Notes: a model not told the origin generated them from the sequence alone. A DNA stretch of 64,000 bases from Candidatus Omnitrophota bacterium (GCA_043815445.1 JBDRIY010000054.1:527-64526); one strand, 5' to 3'. Positions 30,532 to 40,140 are shown, counted from the stretch's first letter. Numbers and translations are program-made.

Positions 30532-30813
30532 TTATTTAATCGCCTTTATTTCTTTTAGGTCTTTGAGGAATTTTTTCATTTCTTTTTCAGCTTCTTCTTC
30601 AGTAGTATCAAACTTTTCTAAAACTATTTTTTTGATTGCGGCAAGGCTTTTTTTGCCATCAATTAGCTTCCAAACCTCTGACGCTACCTTATTCAAGGTA
30701 TAAATACAATTTATCTCATCCGAGGTTTTATAAATAGGCATTAAAATAGTTTCATCATCAATTACCCTTGTAACCATATCCGGATTTTTGCGTAAAACTC
30801 CCGCTTTTGCCAT
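30532..30813 (-). CDS. PqqD-family protein (RiPP recognition element-like peptide chaperone)
   Basis: 93 aa. ETILMPIYKTSDEINCIYTLNKVASEVWKLIDGKKSLAAIKKIVLEKFDTTEEEAEKEMKKFLKDLKEIKAI fits the PqqD pattern (LN..a..IW.l.DG...l.eI...l...y ... FL..L). Confidence 0.75.
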   Translation of the reverse strand: MAKAGVLRKNPDMVTRVIDDETILMPIYKTSDEINCIYTLNKVASEVWKLIDGKKSLAAIKKIVLEKFDTTEEEAEKEMKKFLKDLKEIKAIK

Positions 30814-30888
30814 AATTCTACCCTCCTTTTCTAAGCTATCTCTTTGTCATTATCCGGCTTGACCGGATAATCCAGAACCTTTCAATCC

Positions 30889-31857
30889 CTATACTCTCCT
30901 AACAAAATCAATCACTTTTTTATCATTCACAAACCCCATACTATAACAAGGCACCGCGCTGATTAAATCCTGGCAAAAAGATACAATATTTTCTAAACAC
31001 TGCTTATCCCAAAAAGTAGGAAAAAGCGCGGGATATAGTTTGTTAAAGGCTTCCTTTTTAGAAATTTTCTCCACAATATTTTTTTTGGCGTGGCGAATAA
31101 AGAATAATTTTTTCAAAGGCGCTGAATCTATTCGCGAAGTAAGGTAATCGTTAAAATCACCATGCCAGGGAGAACCGTGAATGGAAAAGCCTTTTCTATC
31201 CTTACGCACAATAATACGATCATCATTCAAAACCATTGCCTTTGTATGTTTATGCCAAATTCGGGCTGTAGTGCTTTTCCCAGCTCCGGATTCACCGGCA
31301 AAAACCAAGCCTTGCCCGTTTAAATCCTTTATCCCAATAGCATGGGTAAAAATCCCTTCCCGCCTTTGAGCAAAATAATTTATTAACAATACCTGTAAAA
31401 AATCATAGATAATATCTCCGGTGCTCCAAACAAATCCTTTGTTTTTTTTAAATAACTCCCGATCTTCTTCTCCAAACATATCTTTTTCTTTTTTAGGCAG
31501 AATAAAAGCTTCTATTTTATCAAAACTTTTGTTTACAAACATTATCTGCTTTTTATCTTCAAGAGGGCTTTTATAAATATAACTATCACCTTTTTTAAGC
31601 AAACGCCAGTTTTCGCTTCCATCCTGAAAATGATAAGTAACAAACAGAGGTTTTGCCTTAAAAACTTGAGGTAATTTATCCACTATTTCTATATCAATTA
31701 AGATATCAGTTTTTTTCTTTCCCTGATAAAAAAAATTATCAAACCTTTCTTCTATTTGAAGCTCTTTCTCTATCTTTGTGAATTGCTTAAGAGGAAACCG
31801 GCTTTGCATTTGAATAACTACGTCCGCAATTTTTAATTTAATTGTTGCTTTTTTCAT
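30889..31857 (-). CDS. HPr kinase/phosphorylase-related P-loop kinase (HprK C-terminal-domain-like)
   Basis: GLVFAGESGAGKSTTARIW aligns to the HprK Walker A (GvLitGdSGvGKSetAL). Size and context resemble the HprK-like kinases found in peptide-modification clusters. Confidence 0.65.
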   Translation of the reverse strand: MKKATIKLKIADVVIQMQSRFPLKQFTKIEKELQIEERFDNFFYQGKKKTDILIDIEIVDKLPQVFKAKPLFVTYHFQDGSENWRLLKKGDSYIYKSPLEDKKQIMFVNKSFDKIEAFILPKKEKDMFGEEDRELFKKNKGFVWSTGDIIYDFLQVLLINYFAQRREGIFTHAIGIKDLNGQGLVFAGESGAGKSTTARIWHKHTKAMVLNDDRIIVRKDRKGFSIHGSPWHGDFNDYLTSRIDSAPLKKLFFIRHAKKNIVEKISKKEAFNKLYPALFPTFWDKQCLENIVSFCQDLISAVPCYSMGFVNDKKVIDFVRRV

Positions 31858-31907
31858 TTAATCTCCTAATTTTTTTAATAACGGCCGCAAAATATTGCGG
31901 CTCTACA

Positions 31908-33074
31908 CTATATGAATTCTTTAATACGCTTTTGCGCTGTTTTTGCCAACTCACAAAAATATTCTACTTCCTTATGCATATCTCCTGTCTCAAGATAAGC
32001 TTTGCCCGGGCACAATAAACAAAAATCAATCATATCACAGTTATAACACTTAGAATCCGTCTTGATCTTTACTCCGGCTATATTTTGAAATACAGAAAAC
32101 ATTTTTCTTATATCTTCCGGCTCTGCCTTTAATAAATCTATCCCTGGCTCGCGAATACAAGAACACATAAACATCTTCCCGTAAGGATCAATATTAACCC
32201 CGTCTAAACTGCCTGCCGCGCACCTAAAAAGCCTTTTATCACTAATAGTATTTTTCGTCATTCCTACGCCACTTTCATCATTCCCATATTTTTTGTCATT
32301 CCCGCGTTCCCTTTTGTCATTGCCCGGCTTGACCGGGCAATCCAGAAACATATTAATTCCGCCTTCGTCTTCTTCCACGCTTTGGACTTCAAACAACTTA
32401 TCTAATTCTACAATCTGTTCAGGCTTAAGCCGCAGACTGCACGGCGTGGTATCGCCGTCTAACCCCGCCTGCAATAATAAACCAGGCCTGAATTCCAAAC
32501 CTCTACTCTCCAAAAATTCTTTTATTTTCGGCAATTCTTCTAAATTCTGCTGAGTTGCCATAGTCTTTACTTTTAAGGGCAGATTTCTTTTTAAAATCAT
32601 ATCTAAACCTGCCATTGCCTTTTTATATGAACCTTTAACCCTAGTTATATTTTCATAAGTATTCTTGGTTACACCGTTAATAGTTATTTCAATGGCAAAA
32701 GGAGGCCTTTTTGCTAAATAGTCCGCGGCTTGTTCCGTTAAAGAATATCCTGTAGTAAATATAGTTATCAAAAAACCTTTATCTTTAGCATACTCATATA
32801 TTTCTAAAAAATCGTTTCTTTCTAAAGGGTCTCCGCCGGTAAAACAAAGCCAGATAACACCTAATTTATATATTTTATCAATGATAAGCTTAATCTGTTC
32901 AGTATTTAACTCTTTTTTAATATAAGAAGGCTTATTGTAACAATCACAATAACAATGCCCACAATGCAGGCCGCACTTAAAAGTAAGCTCAAACTGACAA
33001 ACATTCTGCTTACTAATCCGCCAGTTTTTTTTATGAGTATTTAAACTAAAATCCTTATATTGAATTGTCTTCAC
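31908..33074 (-). CDS. radical SAM / SPASM-domain peptide-modifying enzyme (paralog B)
   Basis: CGLHCGHCYC (CxxxCxxC), GGDPL, C-terminal Cys-rich SPASM block (CAAGS...CSCI...CYNC...CLLCPG). Contains a low-complexity insertion. Confidence 0.85.
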   Translation of the reverse strand: MKTIQYKDFSLNTHKKNWRISKQNVCQFELTFKCGLHCGHCYCDCYNKPSYIKKELNTEQIKLIIDKIYKLGVIWLCFTGGDPLERNDFLEIYEYAKDKGFLITIFTTGYSLTEQAADYLAKRPPFAIEITINGVTKNTYENITRVKGSYKKAMAGLDMILKRNLPLKVKTMATQQNLEELPKIKEFLESRGLEFRPGLLLQAGLDGDTTPCSLRLKPEQIVELDKLFEVQSVEEDEGGINMFLDCPVKPGNDKRERGNDKKYGNDESGVGMTKNTISDKRLFRCAAGSLDGVNIDPYGKMFMCSCIREPGIDLLKAEPEDIRKMFSVFQNIAGVKIKTDSKCYNCDMIDFCLLCPGKAYLETGDMHKEVEYFCELAKTAQKRIKEFI

Positions 33075-33075
33075 T

Positions 33076-34179
33076 TTAAACCTTTAATGATAGTGACTCT
33101 GCTTTACGTTTACTTTCCGAATCACAACTTGTAAAATCTTTATTATTAAGCCAAGCCTTAGCAGGGCACCACTTGCAATAATCTTCTAATTCACACTCCG
33201 AACATTGATAATTGTCATCAGGCTTTATATCTTTTACCGCCTTTTTCATCTTATCCCAGGCGCTTCTTAAACCCATTTTCAATATATTATATTTTAAATA
33301 ATCAATCATCAAACACATTTTTAATTCACCAAAAGGCGTAATAGCCGCCTGAGCCTGCCCCACCCCGCATTTAAAAAGACTATTCACGCTGCAAGCCGCA
33401 GGCTGCAGGCTACAGGCTTCTCCCCTTTCTCTTCCCTCTCTCTTGCTCCCTTCCTCATTGCTAACTGCTAATTGATAATTGCTAATTGATAATTCCCCCT
33501 TCTCCGTTCCCCCTTCATCCTTCGTTAACACCCCTCTATACTCAAACGGCTCCCTTGAACCGTCTAATCGCGGCAGAAGCATATCATCTAAACGGTGCAA
33601 CGCGCCTAATGAAGCGGCAAAATCTTGTATCTTTTTTATTTCCTTTTCATTTTCTTTTAAAACACAAGTTTTAAATCCCAAGCTAACCTCATTTTTACGT
33701 AAAAGTTCTATTGCCTTAAATACTTTATCCCTTGAACCGTTTGCTCCGCTAATAAGCTCAAACGCTTTTTTACTCATCCCGGGAATTGTAATATCCACTT
33801 TATTCGGACGCAGGCTCCCGAGTTGAGCCGCGATTTTCGCGTTAATCAAAGAACCATTGGTATAAATAATAATCTCGAAACCGGATTTCTTAGCATAACT
33901 AAGAATTTTTATTATATCCTTCCTCATAAAGGGCTCGCCTCCAGTAAACCCTAAATAAAAACAGCCTAAGTCTTTCAATTGGTCTAAAATAATACATATC
34001 TCTTTTGTCTTAAGCTCTTTTTTCTTATTTTTGTAACTCTGCGGAACATAACAATGCCGGCATTTAAAATTACACTCATAAGTCAACTCAAACATCACCC
34101 GTAAAGGAAAAAGTTTCTCGCGCGCCTGTTTATGCAATTTCGCGTAAAATTCCTGATTAATGTCGGTTTTTATCGCCAT
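33076..34179 (-). CDS. radical SAM / SPASM-domain peptide-modifying enzyme (paralog A)
   Basis: CNFKCRHCY, GGEPF, SPASM Cys block (CGVGQ...CLMI...CSEC...CKWCPA). Ends 2 nt before the paralog B start. Low-complexity insertion at the equivalent position. Confidence 0.85.
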   Translation of the reverse strand: MAIKTDINQEFYAKLHKQAREKLFPLRVMFELTYECNFKCRHCYVPQSYKNKKKELKTKEICIILDQLKDLGCFYLGFTGGEPFMRKDIIKILSYAKKSGFEIIIYTNGSLINAKIAAQLGSLRPNKVDITIPGMSKKAFELISGANGSRDKVFKAIELLRKNEVSLGFKTCVLKENEKEIKKIQDFAASLGALHRLDDMLLPRLDGSREPFEYRGVLTKDEGGTEKGELSISNYQLAVSNEEGSKREGRERGEACSLQPAACSVNSLFKCGVGQAQAAITPFGELKMCLMIDYLKYNILKMGLRSAWDKMKKAVKDIKPDDNYQCSECELEDYCKWCPAKAWLNNKDFTSCDSESKRKAESLSLKV

Positions 34180-34308
34180 TATTTTCCTAAATCATTTACG
34201 TCTGAAGCGATTATCTAAAATTAGCTTCCCTGCCCTAAAAATTCATACAACAGAACCACAAAGAATAAGTTTTAAAAAATGGCGCAATCAAGCATTTTAT
34301 GCCTATTG

Positions 34309-35358
34309 CTAATTTTTTGCCCCAATAGCCAGCGCCCAATAAAAATACGCTTCCGGAATAACAGCCTGAAGCCTCTCAAGAATTTTATATTCCTTCGGAA
34401 ATGTCATTCCCTGAGTTAAGGATAAATCTATATTTTTTATAAGCCGCGGGTTTTCTTTATTTTTAAACATACTCGCCATATATACAATTTTAGCATAAGC
34501 AATTTTTATATCTTGTTTGTTTACCTTTTTCCCTAAATGATTGGTAACTTTAGCCAGGCCATCATCAATAAGCGCAATCTCCGAAAATGAATTATCAGCG
34601 CCTTTAAGTAATGCTTGTGAATATTTAAACGCGATATCTATAACATCATTGAGAACCTCATCCATAGAATAAGCTGTCCCGCGAAAATCATTCTCTTGTT
34701 GTACAGTATTCAGAAAACTCTGCTTCATGTCGTTGATGTCGCTTGCGATATTAAAAAGCTCATTTAAATCAATAATTTGCTTTACGCACTCCATTGACCG
34801 TTTTTCATTTAAAGGAATACCTATAGTCTTAGGCGAAATTGCTGTCATTTTATCGCCTAATAAGCCTTCCGGAGTTGGGATACTGACAACTGCATTTGAA
34901 TTGAAGAATACCAGCGGAAATTTTGATATGTTTTTCTCAACTAGTTTCTTATATGGATACTTTGTAAAAACAACGTCTAAAAGTATATACTGCTGTTCTT
35001 TTGAGAAATGTGATGTAAACTGAAATTTATAATGCGCTTTTGGTATCTTACTGCCGCGAATATTCTCTTTTACGATATTGAACCACTGTGATGTTGATAT
35101 CATCTTGACAAGCGCGCCTTTCAACCCTGCCCGCTCTTCCAGCGGCAAAAGAATATCAATATCTATAGATAGCCGGGCTGGCGGAAAAATATGTAAAAGG
35201 ATAGATGTCCCGCCCTTAAATACCAGCTTCGAATAAACGCCAAGTAATTCATCCAATAAATTAAAGGCATAAACTGTCTTTTCGAAAATTCCACGGTCGC
35301 TAAACCCAAGCTCTTTTCTTAAAGATTCCAACTGATTAATATCTATCTGTTTCTTCAT
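34309..35358 (-). CDS. nucleotidyltransferase AbiEii/AbiGii-family toxin (type IV TA / abortive infection)
   Basis: FKGGTSILLHIFPPARLSIDIDILL (GGT ... R.S.DID motifs). Confidence 0.75.
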   Translation of the reverse strand: MKKQIDINQLESLRKELGFSDRGIFEKTVYAFNLLDELLGVYSKLVFKGGTSILLHIFPPARLSIDIDILLPLEERAGLKGALVKMISTSQWFNIVKENIRGSKIPKAHYKFQFTSHFSKEQQYILLDVVFTKYPYKKLVEKNISKFPLVFFNSNAVVSIPTPEGLLGDKMTAISPKTIGIPLNEKRSMECVKQIIDLNELFNIASDINDMKQSFLNTVQQENDFRGTAYSMDEVLNDVIDIAFKYSQALLKGADNSFSEIALIDDGLAKVTNHLGKKVNKQDIKIAYAKIVYMASMFKNKENPRLIKNIDLSLTQGMTFPKEYKILERLQAVIPEAYFYWALAIGAKN

Positions 35359-35382
35359 AAAAACTACTTTTCTCTTGGTTAT

Positions 35383-36114
35383 CTATGGCAGTAAATTATA
35401 CTTATTGCCATAGATACCATTGTTAAGTCCAAGTTTATCAATGAGTTGTGAAATTAGCTTTCGGAGGTTTCTCCGTCTAACAGCATAATCAAAAACCGCA
35501 GCAAAATTTATCCTGTAAAGATCGTAAATAAATCCCCATAGCTCCCAATAATCAGCTTCCGGCATTATTCTGTATTTATCTTTAATAACATAAAGATCTA
35601 CCATCATCTTTTCAAGATCCGGCTTATGCCCATTTCTTGGTGACCGGTTAATAAGGGAACGCGCAATAATTGGATTTTTTGTAATGTCAAATCCCGCGGG
35701 AGAATCCTTACTTTTAGTTTCCACGAACACATAGCGGTAAAACTGAGATATTCTATCAGTTACAGGATGAACGCCGTCATATTCAACCTCTACAAAAGTG
35801 ATGTGGTGTGTTTGCTGATGATGATAATAAGGCTGAAAATATAATGTATTCCAAATAAGAAAATCAAGATCAGGAAATTCCTTTTTGATAAGCTGACGAA
35901 TTTTAATAACACGGTTATTTTTCGGACAAATAAATTCCTTTGAAACAGAAGTATATAGACCGCGCCCAGCAGAAAAAACAATTTTTTCGTCTTTAAACGA
36001 CTGTAGATAATTAAGTAACGTCTGCCTTCCAAGCCTCGTATCCTTAACAATCTGCGCTAAAGAAAAATAACGATGATTTCTTATGTATTCTCTAATTAAT
36101 TCTTTTTTATCCAA
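35383..36114 (-). CDS. AbiEi-like antitoxin / transcriptional regulator paired with AbiEii
   Basis: Co-oriented with and immediately upstream of the AbiEii gene. Winged-helix-like N-terminus IREYIRNHRYFSLAQIVKDTRLGRQTLLNYL. Confidence 0.5.
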   Translation of the reverse strand: MDKKELIREYIRNHRYFSLAQIVKDTRLGRQTLLNYLQSFKDEKIVFSAGRGLYTSVSKEFICPKNNRVIKIRQLIKKEFPDLDFLIWNTLYFQPYYHHQQTHHITFVEVEYDGVHPVTDRISQFYRYVFVETKSKDSPAGFDITKNPIIARSLINRSPRNGHKPDLEKMMVDLYVIKDKYRIMPEADYWELWGFIYDLYRINFAAVFDYAVRRRNLRKLISQLIDKLGLNNGIYGNKYNLLP

Positions 36115-36315
36115 AGCTCACCTCGATTTTGATAATTCAAGCTTCTTTGCTCTACACTGGCTATTATAACATTGGGAATTTGAAAAATGAAGAGGCTATT
36201 ACAATGGCCCCCGAAGCCTGCCCTGATTATTATATCGGGATTCCACAAGGATAATGCTAAAGGATAAACAGATATATTTACGGCAAATAACTGGGTCCTC
36301 TTTCCTCTGGTTTGC

Positions 36316-36434
36316 TTGATTAATATCAGTTTTTATCGCCATTGCCTTCCTAAATCATTCGCGCCTGAAGCGATTATCTAAAATTAGCTTCCCTACCTTA
36401 AGAATGTCTACCACAGAGTCACAAAGACACAAAG
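36316..36434. repeat. duplicated copy of the upstream region + first 8 codons of rSAM paralog A (original at 34154..34272)
   Basis: ~110 nt near-identical. Includes atggcgataaaaactgatattaat (MAIKTDIN), with no downstream continuation. Confidence 0.6.
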
Positions 36435-36460
36435 TAGAAACAAACCCCTGTATCTGTCCG

Positions 36461-36895
36461 TTATAGAACCATTCTCTTTACGCCGTTTTTCATTAAATCA
36501 GTATTAAAATTCAAAATTAACCCTATGCTTAATCCTGTTAATTTTAAATAGGTTAGCAATTGCGCTTGATGAACAGGTAAAATATTTTCTACACATTTCA
36601 TTTCAACTATCACTATATTTTCTACAATTAAATCAATCCTGTATTTTTCCGCTAACTTTATGTTTTTGTAAACGATAGGGATCTCTTTTTGCCTTAGATA
36701 CTTAACTTTATTTAATTCAAATTCCTTACATAAACATTCCTCATAGATAGATTCTAATAATCCATGGCCTAAGTGTTTATGAACTTCTATAGCACATTTT
36801 ATTATTTTTTCCGATATTCTATTCCTTAACTCTAATTTATCCATTGTATTCCTCTGTGCCTCCGTGACTCTGTGGTTTAAAGTTTTCATACCCAC
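36461..36895 (-). CDS. GxxExxY-family protein (PD-(D/E)XK-like)
   Basis: HGLLESIYEECL (G-x-x-E-x-x-Y) motif. 144 aa. Confidence 0.65.
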   Translation of the reverse strand: MGMKTLNHRVTEAQRNTMDKLELRNRISEKIIKCAIEVHKHLGHGLLESIYEECLCKEFELNKVKYLRQKEIPIVYKNIKLAEKYRIDLIVENIVIVEMKCVENILPVHQAQLLTYLKLTGLSIGLILNFNTDLMKNGVKRMVL

Positions 36896-36922
36896 TTATG
36901 TATTTTCGCGTAAAATTCCTGA

Positions 36923-38068
36923 TTAATGCCGGTTTTCATCGCCATTTTTCTGTTTATTTTCTAACTCTTCATTTAACGCCCGCGCTAATTCGCAATAATA
37001 AGGAACTGGGGCTTCTTCATCGCCTGTTTCTAAATAGGCTCTGGCCGGGCAGTGATAACAAAGCGCGCGTAACTTACAATCCCTGCATTTTGAGTCAGTT
37101 TTAAATTTCTCGCTTAATAATTTAGGAAATGCTTTATAAAACCCTTCCGCGAACGATACTTTCTTTAAATCCACGCTAAACTTATCAGAAAAAGCGCAAA
37201 ACTTAAGCCGGCCATAAGGATTAATAAAAAACTGGCTCATCCAGGCATTACAGCGGTAAAGAAATTGCCTGTCTCTCTCTAAATCAGGAAAATCATTGTC
37301 TAATCCTTTTTGATACTGCTTCCAAATATCAGAATCCTGCTTTTTCGCCTCTATCAATTCTTGGGCAGAAAGCCTATACTGACAAGGAGTTTTATCTCCA
37401 TTAAACCGGGGGTATATCATTGGATCATATTTAAAATAGTATTTATTCTTTGCCGGTTTTCCCAGAAGTTCTTCAGTAAATTCTTTTATCTTACCGACTT
37501 CATTTTTATTCTGCTTAAGACAATTTGTTTTTAGTATTAAGGGGAGTTTTTTCTTTGCTAATAATTTAACAGTTCTCATCACCTTAGAAAAAGAGCCCTG
37601 AACCTGAGTAATCGCTTCATAAGTTCTTTGGGTTATGCCATTTAAGGTAATTTCTATAGAACAAGGCGGGGATTTAACCAGATAAGAAATGATTTCTTTT
37701 GTAAATTTTTGGCCATTGGTAAAAACAGTTATAATAAATCCTTTTTCTTTAGCATAAGCGTATATCTCTAAAAAATCCTTTCTGATTAAAGGGTCTCCGC
37801 CGGTAAGAGCCAGCCAAAGGCATCCTTGCTTGTGAATTTCATCAAGAATTGTCTTCCATTGCTTTGCGGTTAATTCTTCACCCCTATTTTCGCTCCCTTT
37901 GCAGTAGCAGTGGCCGCAGTTCAAATTGCAGCGATAGGTAAGCTCAATATGCGCGCTCCAAGGATAATGTTCTTTCTTGTTTTGCAGTTTATTATAAAAA
38001 CGGCCGGAGTTTTGAACTTTCATATAAAAAGTTTTTCCTTTATAGACAAACTTAATCTGCGCGCCCAA
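36923..38068 (-). CDS. radical SAM / SPASM-domain peptide-modifying enzyme (paralog C), directly downstream of precursor peptide 1
   Basis: CNLNCGHCYC, GGDPL, SPASM Cys block (CNAW...CAFS...CRDC...CYHCPA). No low-complexity insertion. Confidence 0.85.
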   Translation of the reverse strand: MGAQIKFVYKGKTFYMKVQNSGRFYNKLQNKKEHYPWSAHIELTYRCNLNCGHCYCKGSENRGEELTAKQWKTILDEIHKQGCLWLALTGGDPLIRKDFLEIYAYAKEKGFIITVFTNGQKFTKEIISYLVKSPPCSIEITLNGITQRTYEAITQVQGSFSKVMRTVKLLAKKKLPLILKTNCLKQNKNEVGKIKEFTEELLGKPAKNKYYFKYDPMIYPRFNGDKTPCQYRLSAQELIEAKKQDSDIWKQYQKGLDNDFPDLERDRQFLYRCNAWMSQFFINPYGRLKFCAFSDKFSVDLKKVSFAEGFYKAFPKLLSEKFKTDSKCRDCKLRALCYHCPARAYLETGDEEAPVPYYCELARALNEELENKQKNGDENRH

Positions 38069-38116
38069 GAGATTTTACTATTTTCTACTTTAATCGCCCC
38101 TATTTTTAAAAAGAGT

Positions 38117-38326
38117 TTAAGAATTAGCGGATGTCAGCGACCAGTTATTACTGTTCCCTCTATGGCCCTTCCCACTGTAACATATATCGGCCCGTAGAGG
38201 CCAGTTAGTCTCACCCCTAAGCGGGTAGATTTTACCAAGATCCCAACAATCGCACATTAGCACCGCCTGTTCCGCATTAAGTTTTACCCGTGTAATTTCC
38301 GGCTTAAATTTTGGTTTTCTAAGCAT
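38117..38326 (-). CDS. candidate RiPP precursor peptide 1 (69 aa from Met17 of the ORF-track entry)
   Basis: MLRKPKFKPEITRVKLNAEQAVLMCDCWD leader shared with two other peptides. Core has 1 further Cys and ends ...TSANS. AGGAGG lies 7 nt upstream of the ATG. Confidence 0.6.
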   Translation of the reverse strand: MLRKPKFKPEITRVKLNAEQAVLMCDCWDLGKIYPLRGETNWPLRADICYSGKGHRGNSNNWSLTSANS

Positions 38327-38366
38327 TCCCGTGACCTCCTTTCGTTTTTTATTTTTTATAATAAAA

Positions 38367-39965
38367 CTACTCAATTATAAATATCTGAATTGCTTCAAGG
38401 CCGTTAGGGTAATAAATCGTTTTGATTGGGACTTTATGAGAATATTCTTTTTTAAAAGAAACATATTTATAAATAAACAAATCACCCCAATAATCCTGAG
38501 AATGAGATTCCGGCGCCCAAAGAACATAAATTCTTTTTTTTTGTTCTTTTTCGCCTTGAACTAAACGAAAATCATAATATTTATCTATTTTGCCTTTTTC
38601 CCAAAGGTAATAATTAAGGTAAAAATCCGTTGTCATTCTGCTATCTTGAATTATAACATAATCTTTAATGTTATCCAATTGGCTTAAATATTCCCCGGCC
38701 TCTTGACAGCCATAACTATTATGCCGGCACTGGCCTAAATCCAGAGGCGCGGCGTAACAAAACTTTGTCCATTGCACTGCCTCCGTAATTATTAAACTAA
38801 AGCAAAATGTACCCGTAATAATCAAAATGAACGCTTTTGTAAAGCCTTGTTTTTGCAAGCCATAGTTAAATATCTGCGCAATGAACTTAGCAATTAAAAT
38901 TATTATCGGCGGCAAAATAATAAGAGCGTATCTTGGCTGAAAAAAATTCACTCCGCCTAAAACTCCTATCAACCCTAAAATCAGCCAGGTTAAAAGAATT
39001 TTATCCGCTGTTTTCCTTTGAAAAAAAGAAGTAATACAAGAGGTGAATAAAAGAAAAAATGCTATTGGGTGAGCTAATAATGGCGCTTTCAAAGCCTTGC
39101 CGTAAAGCAAAGATGAGCTTTTAAAGTTAAAAAACAACTCTTTAAAGGTAAATAACGTATTATTTTTAATATTTACCCAAATATTAGCAAATAAATTACC
39201 TTTAAAAATGTTTTCCTGATACGCGCGGTAGAAACTTTGCCCGAATTCATCTCCCCTTATCATACTTTTATAGATAAAAGGCAAGCTGAATAAACCCGCG
39301 ATTAATAATAAAATAACAGTTATCTTGGAATTTAAAAGATATCTCGCATCTTTTTTAGCCCATATTAACGATATAAAAAATATAGGGGCAAAAAGGGCCG
39401 CGGACTCATAACTTACTAAAGATTTTTGCATAAAAAAACAAGATAATATAAACCATAGCCCAATCCCTATTTTTTCTTTATTCTCAATTGCTTTAAAAGC
39501 CTTGAACAAACTTAAAAAAATTAAACAGCCGAAAAAAGGAACCCAAATTACCCTGCCCATAATCCGGCTATGAATTAAATGCCAGGGAAGAAAACATAGC
39601 AAAAGTGAAGATATTAGAGCTGTTTTACGGCCATACATACACTTTGCTAATATATACAGCAATACAACTGTCCCCGCCCCTATGATTATCGGCTCAAAGC
39701 GGCAATGAATCATAAAATTGTTTAGGGTAAATACTTCCGGCGAAGATATACGTGAAATCAAAAAAAAACGCAGAGAATAGGGGATAAAAAAAATTATAGG
39801 TATACCTATGATTTCTTTAATTAATTCCGGCCAGATCAGTAAAATCCTTGCCCAATTAGCTTCATCATGATTTACGGGCAACATCTTTATATTATAAAAT
39901 CTTATAATAAACGCGCCGATGAAAATAACAATAATTAATAAAATATCCGGCAGTAATCGCTTCAT
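38367..39965 (-). CDS. GT-C-fold membrane glycosyltransferase (PMT/ArnT-like), paralog 1, 40 nt upstream of peptide 1
   Basis: Multi-TM. First-loop acidic motif NHDEANWAR. PMT_2-like block LLCFLPWHLIHSRIMGRVIWVPFF. ~150 aa C-terminal soluble domain. Start set at MKRLLPDILL by homology to the paralog (ORF-track start 40010). Confidence 0.55.
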   Translation of the reverse strand: MKRLLPDILLIIVIFIGAFIIRFYNIKMLPVNHDEANWARILLIWPELIKEIIGIPIIFFIPYSLRFFLISRISSPEVFTLNNFMIHCRFEPIIIGAGTVVLLYILAKCMYGRKTALISSLLLCFLPWHLIHSRIMGRVIWVPFFGCLIFLSLFKAFKAIENKEKIGIGLWFILSCFFMQKSLVSYESAALFAPIFFISLIWAKKDARYLLNSKITVILLLIAGLFSLPFIYKSMIRGDEFGQSFYRAYQENIFKGNLFANIWVNIKNNTLFTFKELFFNFKSSSLLYGKALKAPLLAHPIAFFLLFTSCITSFFQRKTADKILLTWLILGLIGVLGGVNFFQPRYALIILPPIIILIAKFIAQIFNYGLQKQGFTKAFILIITGTFCFSLIITEAVQWTKFCYAAPLDLGQCRHNSYGCQEAGEYLSQLDNIKDYVIIQDSRMTTDFYLNYYLWEKGKIDKYYDFRLVQGEKEQKKRIYVLWAPESHSQDYWGDLFIYKYVSFKKEYSHKVPIKTIYYPNGLEAIQIFIIE

Positions 39966-40140
39966 TTTTTTATGAAACTTTAACTTTCCCATTTTTCGCG
40001 CAGTCCTCAAAGGGTGCTACATTCTTCAATTATCCAAAATTATAAATTCCTGTTTTTACATAATGGCAGCTATAGGGAAAAATGCCTGTGGACGCCTGTC
40101 AACCGATAAACTATAATTAATGTAGATTACAAAGATTAAA

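Noticed and set aside
34180-34308. 46-aa hydrophobic/Cys ORF on the + strand upstream of rSAM A (MAQSSILCLLLIFCPNSQRP...)
   Set aside because: It overlaps the AbiEii 3' end antisense, has no leader similarity to the three precursor peptides and no RBS.
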